64,000 bases of DNA from an uncultured cyanobacterium (GTDB taxonomy: Bacteria; Cyanobacteriota; Cyanobacteriia; Phormidesmidales; Phormidesmidaceae): NCBI GenBank assembly GCA_963793265.1, contig CAWBZI010000007.1, positions 1-64,000 of the forward strand, in the 5' to 3' direction. Below, piece by piece: positions 1-9,488 of the stretch. The number at the start of each line of letters is the position of its first letter. Within the stretch, counting starts at the first letter, position 1. The notes under the pieces were generated by a model. The model saw only the letters and a program-made list of their open reading frames with translations, searched no databases and was not told where the DNA came from. The position numbers and the translations under genes were made by a program.

Positions 1-12
1 AGTATTTTCTCA

Positions 13-1152
13 CTATAATTTTTTTGCTAGCGTGAGGCGCGCATTATTATCGATTAGCTGGGGCTGGCCTGCTGGGCAGGTAGCGTCGTATTGTTGAAAG
101 TAGCTTTGAACATTGGGCGGCAGATCGGGATAGTCGAAAATAGCGTCTCCCGCGGCGACGTTGGCCCAAAAGTCTCGAATGTGCGGCGCGTAGGTTTTGG
201 CCTGCCTGAGGCTGAGTGATAGCGGCGGTTCGGTGAGCAGCTTGAGGATGAAAGGAAAAGAGCGATCGCCCATCCATTCTCTAGAGGTTTCCTGCAACGT
301 CGGCCATTCGGGCACGGCTTCTATACGGCGCGATTGCACCTCTAGCTGATACTGCCCCTGCTTATCAGTAGTCAACGACATCAGCCGATAAGGATGCGGA
401 TAGCTCACCAAAGAACCCGTTGTAATGGCATAAAAATCACCCGCCTGGGCAATATCTTGCACATGCAGGTGCCCTGTAAAGGCAACGGGTACATTCGCCG
501 CCTGTAGCCGCTCTACAAGCTGCGGCGCGTTGCTAATCATGTACCTTTGCCCCAGCTTCGTTCGCGACTGCCCCGGCAAATGCTCCAATACATTGTGGTG
601 CACCATCACCATCACAAACTTTCCAGCTAGCGCCGCGAGCTGTTCGTCTAGCCAGGCAAGCTGCGCGTCGTCAATTAGCCCTGTACCCGTCTGCTCGCCC
701 GCCTCATCAAAGGCGTTGGAATTAAGCCCGATTAAATGGACGCCCGGCAAAATTTCCTGCTGGTAATACAGCTTCTGCCCGTCGGTATAGCCAAACTGTT
801 GATAGATCTGAGGAAACTCGGCCAGCGCAATCCGGTCTTTTGCTTCATTCCCATCTGGCTTGGAACCCCACCGTCTGACGACATCATGATTGCCAGGCAC
901 CACATATGATGGAAAAGGCAGCTCTGATAGTTTCTCGGCCATCCACTGATGGTTTTCGCGTTCGCCGTGCTGCACTAAGTCGCCCGGTAGCAGCAAAAAA
1001 TCGGGCTGGTCGTCAATAAGCTGCGCCAGGATTTGTTCAAAGGCTGGAATGCTCACTTCTACCAGATGAAAGCGAGTGGGCGCATCCCATATGGTATGCG
1101 GCAAGGCTATATGCAAATCGCTGACAACGGCAAACTTAAAATTGAGCTTCAT
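13..1152 (-). CDS. Calcineurin-like metallophosphoesterase (Icc/CpdA-like)
   Basis: Motifs SDLH, GDLV, PGNHD, HH and GHLH in a 379-aa ORF. Confidence 0.88.
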   Translation of the reverse strand: MKLNFKFAVVSDLHIALPHTIWDAPTRFHLVEVSIPAFEQILAQLIDDQPDFLLLPGDLVQHGERENHQWMAEKLSELPFPSYVVPGNHDVVRRWGSKPDGNEAKDRIALAEFPQIYQQFGYTDGQKLYYQQEILPGVHLIGLNSNAFDEAGEQTGTGLIDDAQLAWLDEQLAALAGKFVMVMVHHNVLEHLPGQSRTKLGQRYMISNAPQLVERLQAANVPVAFTGHLHVQDIAQAGDFYAITTGSLVSYPHPYRLMSLTTDKQGQYQLEVQSRRIEAVPEWPTLQETSREWMGDRSFPFILKLLTEPPLSLSLRQAKTYAPHIRDFWANVAAGDAIFDYPDLPPNVQSYFQQYDATCPAGQPQLIDNNARLTLAKKL

Positions 1153-1344
1153 TACAGGGGGGTTAGGATGAGGGCGGCTTAACCGAACTGACGGCTTATA
1201 TTTTGCTATTTTACATTTTTGTGAGTTTTCACGCCCAGATCATAGGCATCTGGTAGTGTTGAACAAACACCACGCAACCACCTCGTAAGGTTCTAAACTT
1301 GCCGTTGATACCGCCGATATTCGTGTAGCAAACGGTTTGTTCTC

Positions 1345-1773
1345 ATGGTTTTATTTTCAAAGGATCGAATATTAGTGCCGATTGACTTTTCTGAGAAGTC
1401 TATAGAGGCGCTGAAGGATACGGTTGACTTTGCTGGAACGACAGGAGGGGTGCACGTTGTACATGTGCTAAAGGAACTTGACGCTGTAGAGCCCGGCGTT
1501 GTTTGGGAAACAGTAAACGATGATAGTCGTCGGATTGCCATTCAGAAGCTATTTGATGAGAAGTTTCCGAGCAGTACCTACGAAGGGCTCAAATTTTCAA
1601 TCCAAAAGGGCGATCCGACTGCCGAAATCATTGACTACGCAGAAAAGCACCAGATTAACCTCATCGTGATGCCTTCTCGGGGGCGAACGGGCATTTCTCG
1701 TTTCTTTATGGGCTCGATTGCAGAAAGGGTCATTCGCTTTGCCCACTGCCCCGTACTGGTGCTCAGGCAGTAA
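1345..1773 (+). CDS. Universal stress protein (UspA family)
   Basis: ILVPIDFS N-terminus; GDPTAEII...LIVMPSRGRTG...GSIAERVIRFAHCPVLV. Confidence 0.93.
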   Translation: MVLFSKDRILVPIDFSEKSIEALKDTVDFAGTTGGVHVVHVLKELDAVEPGVVWETVNDDSRRIAIQKLFDEKFPSSTYEGLKFSIQKGDPTAEIIDYAEKHQINLIVMPSRGRTGISRFFMGSIAERVIRFAHCPVLVLRQ

Positions 1774-1878
1774 AAAATTCGTGTTCCTAAAATAAAATGT
1801 CGCAAATATAGCATAGTCATTGCACTGTGCGTAATGCCTTACGCCCCTACAACAATTTCCGTAGGGGCGTAAGGCATT

Positions 1879-2075
1879 CATTGGTGTCAACTTAAGGCTG
1901 AAATGCTTTCAGTTATAGGTGTTCAGCATACGTGTCGTAGCCCTCATCCTAAATCCTTCTCCCTGGGGGAGAAGGACTTCAGAGTCCGGTTCCCTTCTCC
2001 CCGAGGGAGAAGGGCTAGGGATGAGGGCTGAGTAGCTTACGCCACAAGGGATACATGCTTAAGTTGATAACAATG
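1879..2075. mobile_element. 197-bp MITE with 18-bp TIRs and 8-bp target site duplication
   Basis: TIR CATTGGTGTCAACTTAAG (1879-1896) vs CTTAAGTTGATAACAATG (2058-2075), 16/18 match. AAGGCATT is duplicated at 1871-1878 and 2076-2083. No transposase. Confidence 0.85.
1939..2029. repeat. Structured cyanobacterial dispersed repeat (CCCTCATCC...GGGATGAGGG type) inside the MITE
   Basis: Outer stem AGCCCTCATCC/GGATGAGGGCT encloses two CCTTCTCCC-N-GGGAGAAGG hairpins. Confidence 0.75.
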
Positions 2076-2226
2076 AAGGCATTACGACCTCCGGCTGAAA
2101 CATCACCATCCCATCAACCTCTACCCCTATGCCTATTGGCTTTTTGCATAGCGCCTATCGATTCAGCCTTTTGTTGTTTCTTATTGGCCCCACTACATTA
2201 GAAATATCCCGTTCAAGGTATTCCTA

Positions 2227-2424
2227 ATGGTCTTCAAATCTCCTTCTGTTCACCCTTCTAGCTCATTACAAAACCACCGTAAGTCTCTGTTGGGTAGAGG
2301 CTTACGGTGGTTTTTGAGATTCAGTCAGTTCTATGGTGAGTATACGGTGCGATCGCCCCAAGAACGTCAGCAGTGGCTAGCGCAGCAAAGCGATCGCGAA
2401 GCGTCTACACAGCCTCGTTCATAA
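2227..2424 (+). CDS. Small hypothetical protein
   Basis: 65-aa ATG ORF filling the gap, convergent with agcS (20-bp overlap); no motif recognised. Confidence 0.35.
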   Translation: MVFKSPSVHPSSSLQNHRKSLLGRGLRWFLRFSQFYGEYTVRSPQERQQWLAQQSDREASTQPRS

Positions 2425-4027
2425 GCATCTGCCCAGACGTCAGCCGGTTCCAGTACTCTTTAAGATCGCCAGCTACTTCATTAGAGAGAATGTAGCAGCC
2501 GAGCAAGTTAGGAAACGCCATCCCTAACAGCAGTAAATCGCTGAAGTCGATGATCAAAGAGAGACTGGTGAGGCAGCCTAAGAACGTGCAGGTAACGTAG
2601 ATAATTTTGAACAATAGCGTGGTCTGCTCGCCGAATAGGTAAGTCCAGGCTTGAATGCCGTAATAGCTCCAAGAAATAATCGTGGAGAACGCAAACAAAC
2701 AAACGGCAATACTCAAGACAACTGGGAACCAGCTTACGACAGAGCCAAACGCTGTCGCCGTCATTTCTACGCCGCTTAGCTCAGTGCCCGTATCTAAGTA
2801 AGCGCCCGTGAGCACAATGCTGATGGCTGTGAGGTTACAGATAATAACCGTATCGATCAAAGGTTCTAGCAGTGAGACAAGACCTTCTCTTACCGGCTCA
2901 TCTGTTCGGGCAGCAGAGTGTGCGATCGCAGCCGAGCCTACACCCGCCTCATTAGAAAAGGAGCTACGCCGAATCCCCTGAACCATCACGCCAATAAAGC
3001 CACCCACTGCCGCCCTCGGCACAAACGCCTCGCTGATGATAGTCCCAATCGCTGCGGGCACAGCGGTGATATTCACAATAATCACCGTGAGACAGGCGAG
3101 TATATAAAGCACGGCCATTGCAGGCACAAGCTTTTCGGCAACTGAGCCAATCCGCTTAATCCCACCGATGATCACGAATGCGGACAGCGCTGCTAGCACC
3201 AGGCCAAATAGCCAGGCGGGCAAACCAGGCACCAGCCCAGAAATAGCCGCATACGCCTGGTTAGACTGGAACATATTGGCACCGCCAATGCTGCCGCCCA
3301 GACACAAAACGCTAAACAGAATCGCCAAGCCCTGACCAAAAGGACGCATACCACGCGCTGCGAGCCCCTGATTGAGGTAGTACATTGGCCCGCCTAAGAT
3401 GGTGCCATCGGGCAGTTGACGGCGATATTTCACAGCCAGCGTGCATTCTACAAACTTACTCACCATGCCGCACAGGCCCGCTATTGTGAGCCAAAACATC
3501 GCCCCCGGCCCGCCAAGCTGAATGGCGATCGCCACCCCGGCAATATTGCCTAAGCCCACCGTGCCCGAAACAGCCGTTGCAAGCGCCTGAAAGTGAGACA
3601 CTTCGCCCTCGTCGTGCGGATCGTCAAACTTGCCTTGGACAACAGCGATCGCGTGCTTGAGCCCTCTGAGGTTGATAAACCCCATCCGAAAGGTAAAGAA
3701 CACCGCTGCGACAAATAGCCACAGCACAATAAATGGAAATCCGTTTTCACCACCGATCTTAAAGAACAATAAAACGGAGAGAACATCGACAACGGGCTGA
3801 AAGATAACGTCGGCAATTGAAGTCGGGGCTTCAGCAGCCCCTTGAGCCATAGCAGCAGGGGCCGCGATCGCCATCAATACCAACAGCATTGGCAGCATTG
3901 CCCAGCCGTCTGGCCCATTGCGAAACCATCTTGCCGACAGGCGAGCGAGCGATCGCCCCAGCCGAACTAGCAGGTTACCAAGCGCCAGAGGATTGAGCCC
4001 CAAAGGGGAGAGTTTATGTTTAATCAT
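2405..4027 (-). CDS. agcS: Alanine/glycine:cation symporter (AgcS family); start uncertain, ORF open to 4126
   Basis: FQALATAVSGTVGLGNIAGVA, GGPGAMFW, GGPMYY, FSNEAGVGSAAIAH, DTVIIC motifs. Confidence 0.92.
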   Translation of the reverse strand: MIKHKLSPLGLNPLALGNLLVRLGRSLARLSARWFRNGPDGWAMLPMLLVLMAIAAPAAMAQGAAEAPTSIADVIFQPVVDVLSVLLFFKIGGENGFPFIVLWLFVAAVFFTFRMGFINLRGLKHAIAVVQGKFDDPHDEGEVSHFQALATAVSGTVGLGNIAGVAIAIQLGGPGAMFWLTIAGLCGMVSKFVECTLAVKYRRQLPDGTILGGPMYYLNQGLAARGMRPFGQGLAILFSVLCLGGSIGGANMFQSNQAYAAISGLVPGLPAWLFGLVLAALSAFVIIGGIKRIGSVAEKLVPAMAVLYILACLTVIIVNITAVPAAIGTIISEAFVPRAAVGGFIGVMVQGIRRSSFSNEAGVGSAAIAHSAARTDEPVREGLVSLLEPLIDTVIICNLTAISIVLTGAYLDTGTELSGVEMTATAFGSVVSWFPVVLSIAVCLFAFSTIISWSYYGIQAWTYLFGEQTTLLFKIIYVTCTFLGCLTSLSLIIDFSDLLLLGMAFPNLLGCYILSNEVAGDLKEYWNRLTSGQMLMNEAV

Positions 4028-4398
4028 TGATAGTTCACTATTTCTTCTATTGAATAGGTAATGACATTTATGGCTACAAACAAGCATTAAATCCTGTTGC
4101 TTATAAAGCCACAATTTATGCACCACAGACAGTAGAGCTTATTAACAAATAAGCTCGCTAAAAATCTAATCTTGCCGAACAACAGTTCGCTATTGCCCCT
4201 AGTGAAACACCGTCTAGGGGCGTAGCCCGCTACTGGCAAGCTGAACGTATCAAATACACCTCAATATAGATAGGGCCAAATGCTGCTGAAGTCACGCCGA
4301 TGTATAGCAAAGTACCACGCCACTCCGAAATGTCACTGTAAAAATAGTTACGACTTACGCGAATACTTCTGACAACAAAGAATCTACAACAAGAGCTG

Positions 4399-4743
4399 CT
4401 AAATGATGGCCGCTAGAATTTTAGAGAGAATGCTGTAGATAATAGCGGTGCCGAGCCCGCCAATAATGGCGCTAATGAGGCCCCAGCGTAATCTAAAGCC
4501 TCTGACTAAAAGCGCCGTCAGGGCAAATAGGATAGTGTTGCCGATAAAAAAGACGAACCCAAGCGTGAGCACATTCAAGATAGTGCTGCCGATAAACCAG
4601 TTAGTCAGGCCGTTGAGCAAGCCAAAGATCAGTGCCGCTATGCCTACTTTGCCAAAATCGTCTGCTTCAATGCCCGTTGGCAGCTGAGTCAAGATGATGA
4701 AGGTGATCGTCATGACGATCCAAGAGATGATAAGTCCGGTCAT
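4399..4743 (-). CDS. Four-TM membrane protein (YvlD/DUF360, 'phage holin family')
   Basis: 114 aa, hydrophobic; AALIFGLLN...TLGFVFFIGN...GFRL pattern. Confidence 0.75.
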   Translation of the reverse strand: MTGLIISWIVMTITFIILTQLPTGIEADDFGKVGIAALIFGLLNGLTNWFIGSTILNVLTLGFVFFIGNTILFALTALLVRGFRLRWGLISAIIGGLGTAIIYSILSKILAAII

Positions 4744-4868
4744 GAGTTAAGTTCCAAGTACACAGCCATCCTCCACCGCTTGCATTCTGTTATTGGGGCA
4801 AGGATATGGGGAGTATACCAAAGTTTTTTGGCAGCAAGTTTTTTGGCAGCAGCGCGGCGGCAAACGCG

Positions 4869-5549
4869 CTATCGGTAAAGGCTAGGTCTGCTTTGCTGTC
4901 GGTAGTATTGCTTGAGCCGCTGTTGAAAGCTTCGCCAGTAGTGAAAAAGGTCGTCGGCTTCTAGCATAAATACCTGCGCGGGATGATCTTCTAGGGCGAT
5001 CGCAATCATCCCTCTCTCAATACATATCCCCGTCTCCCGATACACCCAGTTCACCGCGTAGCAATAGGCCGCCACCTGCATACAATAGTCTTCAATCCAC
5101 TCAATCTTCTTCGGCTTACGCGCCGTTTTCCAATCGCACACGCACAGCTCGCCCGCATACCGCATCACCGCATCCGGGTAGCCCCCAAACTTCAGCGGGT
5201 GCCACACCGCCCCTTCCACCAGCAGCACCTCATCAATATCGGCCAGCACTGGCTCAATCGAGTTCCAAAAGCCATCTAACCCTTCAGGCAGCTCGTAAGG
5301 GTCTTCCTTCAGATGAGATTTGATAATTTTATGAATGCGCGTACCAGAGCGAGCGGATGTCGTGGTAATGCGTCTCGCTTCTTCTTTACCAATGCGATCT
5401 TGCCAGTCCCAAAGCCGCTTTTTGTCTTCGTAGGGCTTTGTTGCCGACAAAATAGTGGTAATGCCGGGATAGCAGTGGCCTTCTATTTCATAGTGGCGCT
5501 TGCGGTTAACCGAAACTTGCTTAGCCTTATAGTGAGGCAGCTCAAACAT
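4869..5549 (-). CDS. PD-(D/E)XK exonuclease-like protein
   Basis: PGITTIL, GTRIH, E...GYPD...DWKT and QVAAY motifs of RecB-like nucleases. Confidence 0.82.
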   Translation of the reverse strand: MFELPHYKAKQVSVNRKRHYEIEGHCYPGITTILSATKPYEDKKRLWDWQDRIGKEEARRITTTSARSGTRIHKIIKSHLKEDPYELPEGLDGFWNSIEPVLADIDEVLLVEGAVWHPLKFGGYPDAVMRYAGELCVCDWKTARKPKKIEWIEDYCMQVAAYCYAVNWVYRETGICIERGMIAIALEDHPAQVFMLEADDLFHYWRSFQQRLKQYYRQQSRPSLYR

Positions 5550-5598
5550 TAGCGAGATGATTCCTAGAGTAAGTGACTCTTTAGCGCCGAACGCCTAT

Positions 5599-7059
5599 CT
5601 AGTCTAATGGCTTGAGCTGCTTGCGCTCAGCGAGCTTGAGCATGATTTCGGTGTGGGCCTCGCGGGTGAGGGGGTAGAAGTAGATGAGCACGACGGCGCA
5701 GATGACGAGTAGCAGCGGCACTGGCCCCATGAAAAGGCGGATGGCGTTGAGCGCTGAGTCGGGCTGAGGGGGGAGCGGCTGGCCGGGTAAAACGCTGACG
5801 AAGCCGGAGGCTTTGAGGGCTGCGCCGACGAGGAAAAGGCCAAGGGCTAAGCCGAACTTTTGTAGCAGGGTCATGAAGGCGTAAAAGGTGCCTTCGCGGC
5901 GGAGGCCCGTGTTGAGTTCGTCGAAGTCGATCACGTCAGGCAAAATAGACCAGGGCACGACGTAGGCAACCGCAACACCGAAGCTGGCGAGGATGCAAAG
6001 GCCGAAGAGGAGGTTGACCTGGCCGGGCTGAAGAAAGTAGAGCGCGGCCTGCACGGGAATCCAGATGGCAGAGCCGAGATAGTAGAGACGTTTTTTGCCG
6101 ATGCGTTTGCTCAGCGAGGCGCAGACGAACATAAGGACGATCGCTGGCCCCTGCACTAAGAGCGCCACCAGGCTATCACTGGTGCCCATCCAAGAAACGG
6201 CGTAAAAGGGAAGCACTGCCGCTGTAATTTGCAGCGCTAGCCACGAGAACATGTAAATGCCAACGACGAACAGAAAGGGGCGGTTGCTGAGGACGGCTTT
6301 GAGCTGCTCAAAGAAGGGTTCTGAGTCGTTTTCGGCAGGCGCGTTGAGCGATCGCCCCTCCGCTGCCGCTTTGTTCTTCATGTAGCCATACGTACCAAAA
6401 ATGCACCAGTAAATAGACAAAATCGAAACGCCGCCGCCAATTAATCCCAGCAGCGTAAAGCGCAGGGCGCGAGCCTCTTCAGGAATCATCGACTCAATCA
6501 CACCGGCTGCAATTAAAATCGCCACGCCGCCTGCGACTGAGAAGGCAAGCCTAAACGAGGTCAGTTCGGTTACTTCGTCGTAGCTGCGGCTCAGCTCGGC
6601 GGTGAGCGCGGTGTAGGGCAAGTTGGTGGTGGTAAAAAAGATTTGAAAGATGGTGGTGACGACGATGTAGTAGATCAGCTTAGTCGTGTCGCTGGCATCG
6701 GCAGCAAAGGGCGTTGTCCAAATGAAGTAGTAGGAGAGGCCGAAGGGAATGGCGGTGATGAACATCCACGGGTAGCGGCGACCCCAGCGGGTTTTGGTGC
6801 GATCGCTAAAAAGCCCCACTAATGGATCGTTCACCGCGTCCCAAATTTTGCCAAAGGCCAGCACCGAGCCTGCCACCAGCGGATCCATACCCGCCACGTA
6901 TATTAAAAAGCTCAGCAGGAAAAAGGCTAAAAACTGAGAGGTCAGCCCCGCACCAAAGTCGCCTGCGCCGTAAGCTAACTTTACAGGCAGCGTCAGCCTC
7001 GGCATTAGCGGCTTTGCGTGAATATCCAAGCTGGTTCCGTCAGTTCCTAAGTTGGCCAT
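5599..7059 (-). CDS. MFS transporter, glycoside-pentoside-hexuronide (MelB-like) family
   Basis: KLAYGAGD, WDAVNDPLVG..SDRTKTRWGRRYPW, PYTALTAEL, GLRREGTFY. Confidence 0.9.
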   Translation of the reverse strand: MANLGTDGTSLDIHAKPLMPRLTLPVKLAYGAGDFGAGLTSQFLAFFLLSFLIYVAGMDPLVAGSVLAFGKIWDAVNDPLVGLFSDRTKTRWGRRYPWMFITAIPFGLSYYFIWTTPFAADASDTTKLIYYIVVTTIFQIFFTTTNLPYTALTAELSRSYDEVTELTSFRLAFSVAGGVAILIAAGVIESMIPEEARALRFTLLGLIGGGVSILSIYWCIFGTYGYMKNKAAAEGRSLNAPAENDSEPFFEQLKAVLSNRPFLFVVGIYMFSWLALQITAAVLPFYAVSWMGTSDSLVALLVQGPAIVLMFVCASLSKRIGKKRLYYLGSAIWIPVQAALYFLQPGQVNLLFGLCILASFGVAVAYVVPWSILPDVIDFDELNTGLRREGTFYAFMTLLQKFGLALGLFLVGAALKASGFVSVLPGQPLPPQPDSALNAIRLFMGPVPLLLVICAVVLIYFYPLTREAHTEIMLKLAERKQLKPLD

Positions 7060-7114
7060 AGAAAAACCCTGTATAAATAACTATATAGATTCACAATCTC
7101 TTACGCACTCGCCC

Positions 7115-7684
7115 ATGTCAGCCTCTTCGCCACCTGCCTCAGCGCAGCCCACCTCAACTAAGCCCATCTCAACCAAGTCAGATCTGTATGTATCCTGGTC
7201 AGACTACCACCGCAGCATCGAGCAACTGGCCTTGATGGTACACCGCTCCGACTGGCAGTTTAATCAAATTGTGTGTCTAGCTAAAGGCGGCTTGCGGATT
7301 GGGGATATTTTGTGCCGTATTTCTCATCAGCCGCTGGCGATTTTGTCTACGGCTTCTTACGGCGGCGAGGGCAACCGCACGCGCGGCTCTATCACTTTTT
7401 CTAGAGATTTGAGTATGACCACGGCTAACTTGGGCTCTCGCATTTTACTGGTGGACGATCTGGTCGACTCTGGGCAAAGCCTGAAGCGCAGCATCTCCTG
7501 GCTAAAGCATCGCTACGGCTTTTATATAGATGAAATTCGCACGGCTGTTTTGTGGCACAAAGACTGCTCTGTTATCACTCCTGACTACGCTGTACACTAC
7601 CTTGAGGACAATCCCTGGATTCATCAGCCTTTTGAAAACTACGAAGAAATGAGCTGGGACGATTTGGCTGAAGCTCACCTGTGA
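7115..7684 (+). CDS. Type I phosphoribosyltransferase (purine PRT-like)
   Basis: PRPP-binding motif ILLVDDLVDSGQS and LAKGG loop. ATG 7115 chosen to avoid overlap with the divergent gene. Confidence 0.88.
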   Translation: MSASSPPASAQPTSTKPISTKSDLYVSWSDYHRSIEQLALMVHRSDWQFNQIVCLAKGGLRIGDILCRISHQPLAILSTASYGGEGNRTRGSITFSRDLSMTTANLGSRILLVDDLVDSGQSLKRSISWLKHRYGFYIDEIRTAVLWHKDCSVITPDYAVHYLEDNPWIHQPFENYEEMSWDDLAEAHL

Positions 7685-7757
7685 TGCGATCGCAAAATAG
7701 CAGCCATAAAATAACAGCCAGTCAAATAGCAATCTCAAAATAACGTTAAATCAACTT

Positions 7758-8717
7758 TTGTCTGTGAGTAATTCTTCCCACAAAACCTCGAATACCGCCA
7801 ACCATAGTCATAATGGCGGCCAGTCTGAGAACGATATTCAGCCAGCGCGTCGTCAGCCTGCTGAGATTTCTTTAGATGAAATTGAAAAGTCTTCGGCGGC
7901 CATGCGGCAGCCGCCTAAGAAGAAAAAGAGTGCTGCTCCTATGCTGAGTCTAGTTTTGCTGGCGGGCTGTGTGGGCTTGGGCACCTGGCAGTGGGATCAG
8001 ATTAGCCCACGTGTAGAAGCGATCGCTTCAGGTACGTTCTCAAGGCCAACAGATTCTAGATCAGCAGAAAGTGAACCGGCGATCGCCGCCGACAGCACAA
8101 CTGTCCAACTTCCACCTATTCCCACTACCGCTGATTCGCTAGACACGCTACCTAATGAAGTATCTGGCGAATCACCTAAGAGCGATCTAGAAGCCGCTTC
8201 ACCACCCGATACCCTCCTCAACCATCGTCGCTACGAAGAAGCTGCTCAAGACTCGCTCGTCACCATTAATCCAAACAGTACGCTACGGCTACAGCCTGCC
8301 GCTCAAGCGAGCCTCAATGCGATGATTGCCAAGGCCAAAGCTGACGGCGTGCAGCTCGGCGTCGTCTCCGCCTTTCGCAGCTTAGAAGACCAGGACTATT
8401 TATATTTCAAAGTAAAAGCTGAGCGCGGCCAAACTGCTAAAACTCGGGCCGAAGTTAGCGCGCCACCCGGCTACAGCGAGCATCACACAGGCTACGCGGT
8501 CGATTTGATTGATGAGAGCAAACCCAGCACGCACGTAGAAGAAAGCTTTGAAACCACGCCCGCGTTTAAGTGGCTTGAAAAAAACGCGGCCTTTTTCAAC
8601 TTCGAGATGTCGTTTCCTAAAAATGCTGACGGTACGCCGCCCCCAGTGGCCTACGAGCCCTGGCACTGGCGCTACGTGGGCGATCAAAAAAGTCTGGAAA
8701 CCTTTTACGCGCGCTGA
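7758..8717 (+). CDS. D-Ala-D-Ala carboxypeptidase (peptidase M15B/VanY-like), membrane anchored
   Basis: SAFRS, APPGYSEHHTGYAVD and YEPWHWRYVG motifs; N-terminal TM segment. Confidence 0.9.
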   Translation: MSVSNSSHKTSNTANHSHNGGQSENDIQPARRQPAEISLDEIEKSSAAMRQPPKKKKSAAPMLSLVLLAGCVGLGTWQWDQISPRVEAIASGTFSRPTDSRSAESEPAIAADSTTVQLPPIPTTADSLDTLPNEVSGESPKSDLEAASPPDTLLNHRRYEEAAQDSLVTINPNSTLRLQPAAQASLNAMIAKAKADGVQLGVVSAFRSLEDQDYLYFKVKAERGQTAKTRAEVSAPPGYSEHHTGYAVDLIDESKPSTHVEESFETTPAFKWLEKNAAFFNFEMSFPKNADGTPPPVAYEPWHWRYVGDQKSLETFYAR

Positions 8718-8733
8718 GTCAAACTCTGAACTG

Positions 8734-9486
8734 ATGAATCCTACGACCCTTAACCTTCTAGCCGTTTCTGTATTTGCCTTTACCCTGCTGAGCCTGGTAG
8801 GGCCGCTGCTGAATATTTCACCTGCGGCGGTGGCCGTTACGCTCACGGGCTGCGCAGGTGTCATTGCCCTCGATCGCTTCACCTGGCAGGGCAGAGGTAG
8901 CAACCTTTTAGTTGATTTATTCTCAGGCCAGGATTCGGAATATCGGCAGCGAATTTTGCATCATGAAGCCGGTCATTTTTTGACAGCTCATCTGCTTGAT
9001 ATTCCGGTAGAAAGCTATACGCTCAGCGCCTGGCAGGGGATTAAAGCTGGGCTGCCTGGCATGGGAGGCGTCGTGGTTGATACGTCAGCACTCGGCTCAG
9101 AAGAACAGGCTACAGAGCAGGCTACCTCTGAAAGTTCTACGGGCGTACAAACGTCGCTCTCTACCCAGCAGATCAATCGCTTTTGCATTGTGTGGATGGC
9201 AGGCATTGCTGCTGAAACTCAAACCTACGGCAGTGCTCAGGGCGGTGATGACGACAAGGCCCAGCTCAGGCGTTTGTGGCAGCAGGCCGTGCCGACAAAG
9301 GGCTCAGAAGCAGAGGCCGAAACGCAGCTTCGCTGGTCGCTTTTACAGGCGAATACGATGATAGAAGCTCAGAGAGATGCCTACAAAGCGCTGGTCGCAG
9401 CGATGGCGAATCAGGAGCCGGTAGAGGTTTGCTGTCGTGAGATTGAGGCGCATAGGGTAGAGATTGAGCCGGTGTCTGAGGTTTAG
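8734..9486 (+). CDS. Membrane protein with M41/FtsH-like Zn-protease domain, no AAA domain
   Basis: Two TM helices, RILHHEAGH, MAGIAAE..YG...GG.DD; likely start ATG 8734. Confidence 0.8.
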   Translation: MNPTTLNLLAVSVFAFTLLSLVGPLLNISPAAVAVTLTGCAGVIALDRFTWQGRGSNLLVDLFSGQDSEYRQRILHHEAGHFLTAHLLDIPVESYTLSAWQGIKAGLPGMGGVVVDTSALGSEEQATEQATSESSTGVQTSLSTQQINRFCIVWMAGIAAETQTYGSAQGGDDDKAQLRRLWQQAVPTKGSEAEAETQLRWSLLQANTMIEAQRDAYKALVAAMANQEPVEVCCREIEAHRVEIEPVSEV

Positions 9487-9488
9487 CC

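Larger units (their letters stand above)
1830..2086. repeat. GTAG-type REP doublet (21-bp inverted repeat) interrupted by a MITE
   Basis: CGTAATGCCTTACGCCCCTAC at 1830-1850. Its exact reverse complement is restored from 1861 once the MITE and one target duplication are removed. Confidence 0.8.

Noticed and set aside
4130..4398. Glycine riboswitch upstream of agcS
   Set aside because: Glycine aptamer conserved segments were not found on the minus strand
4399..5549. Holin plus nuclease as a prophage
   Set aside because: The DUF360-type 'holin' is a common chromosomal membrane protein; no integrase, lysin or structural genes
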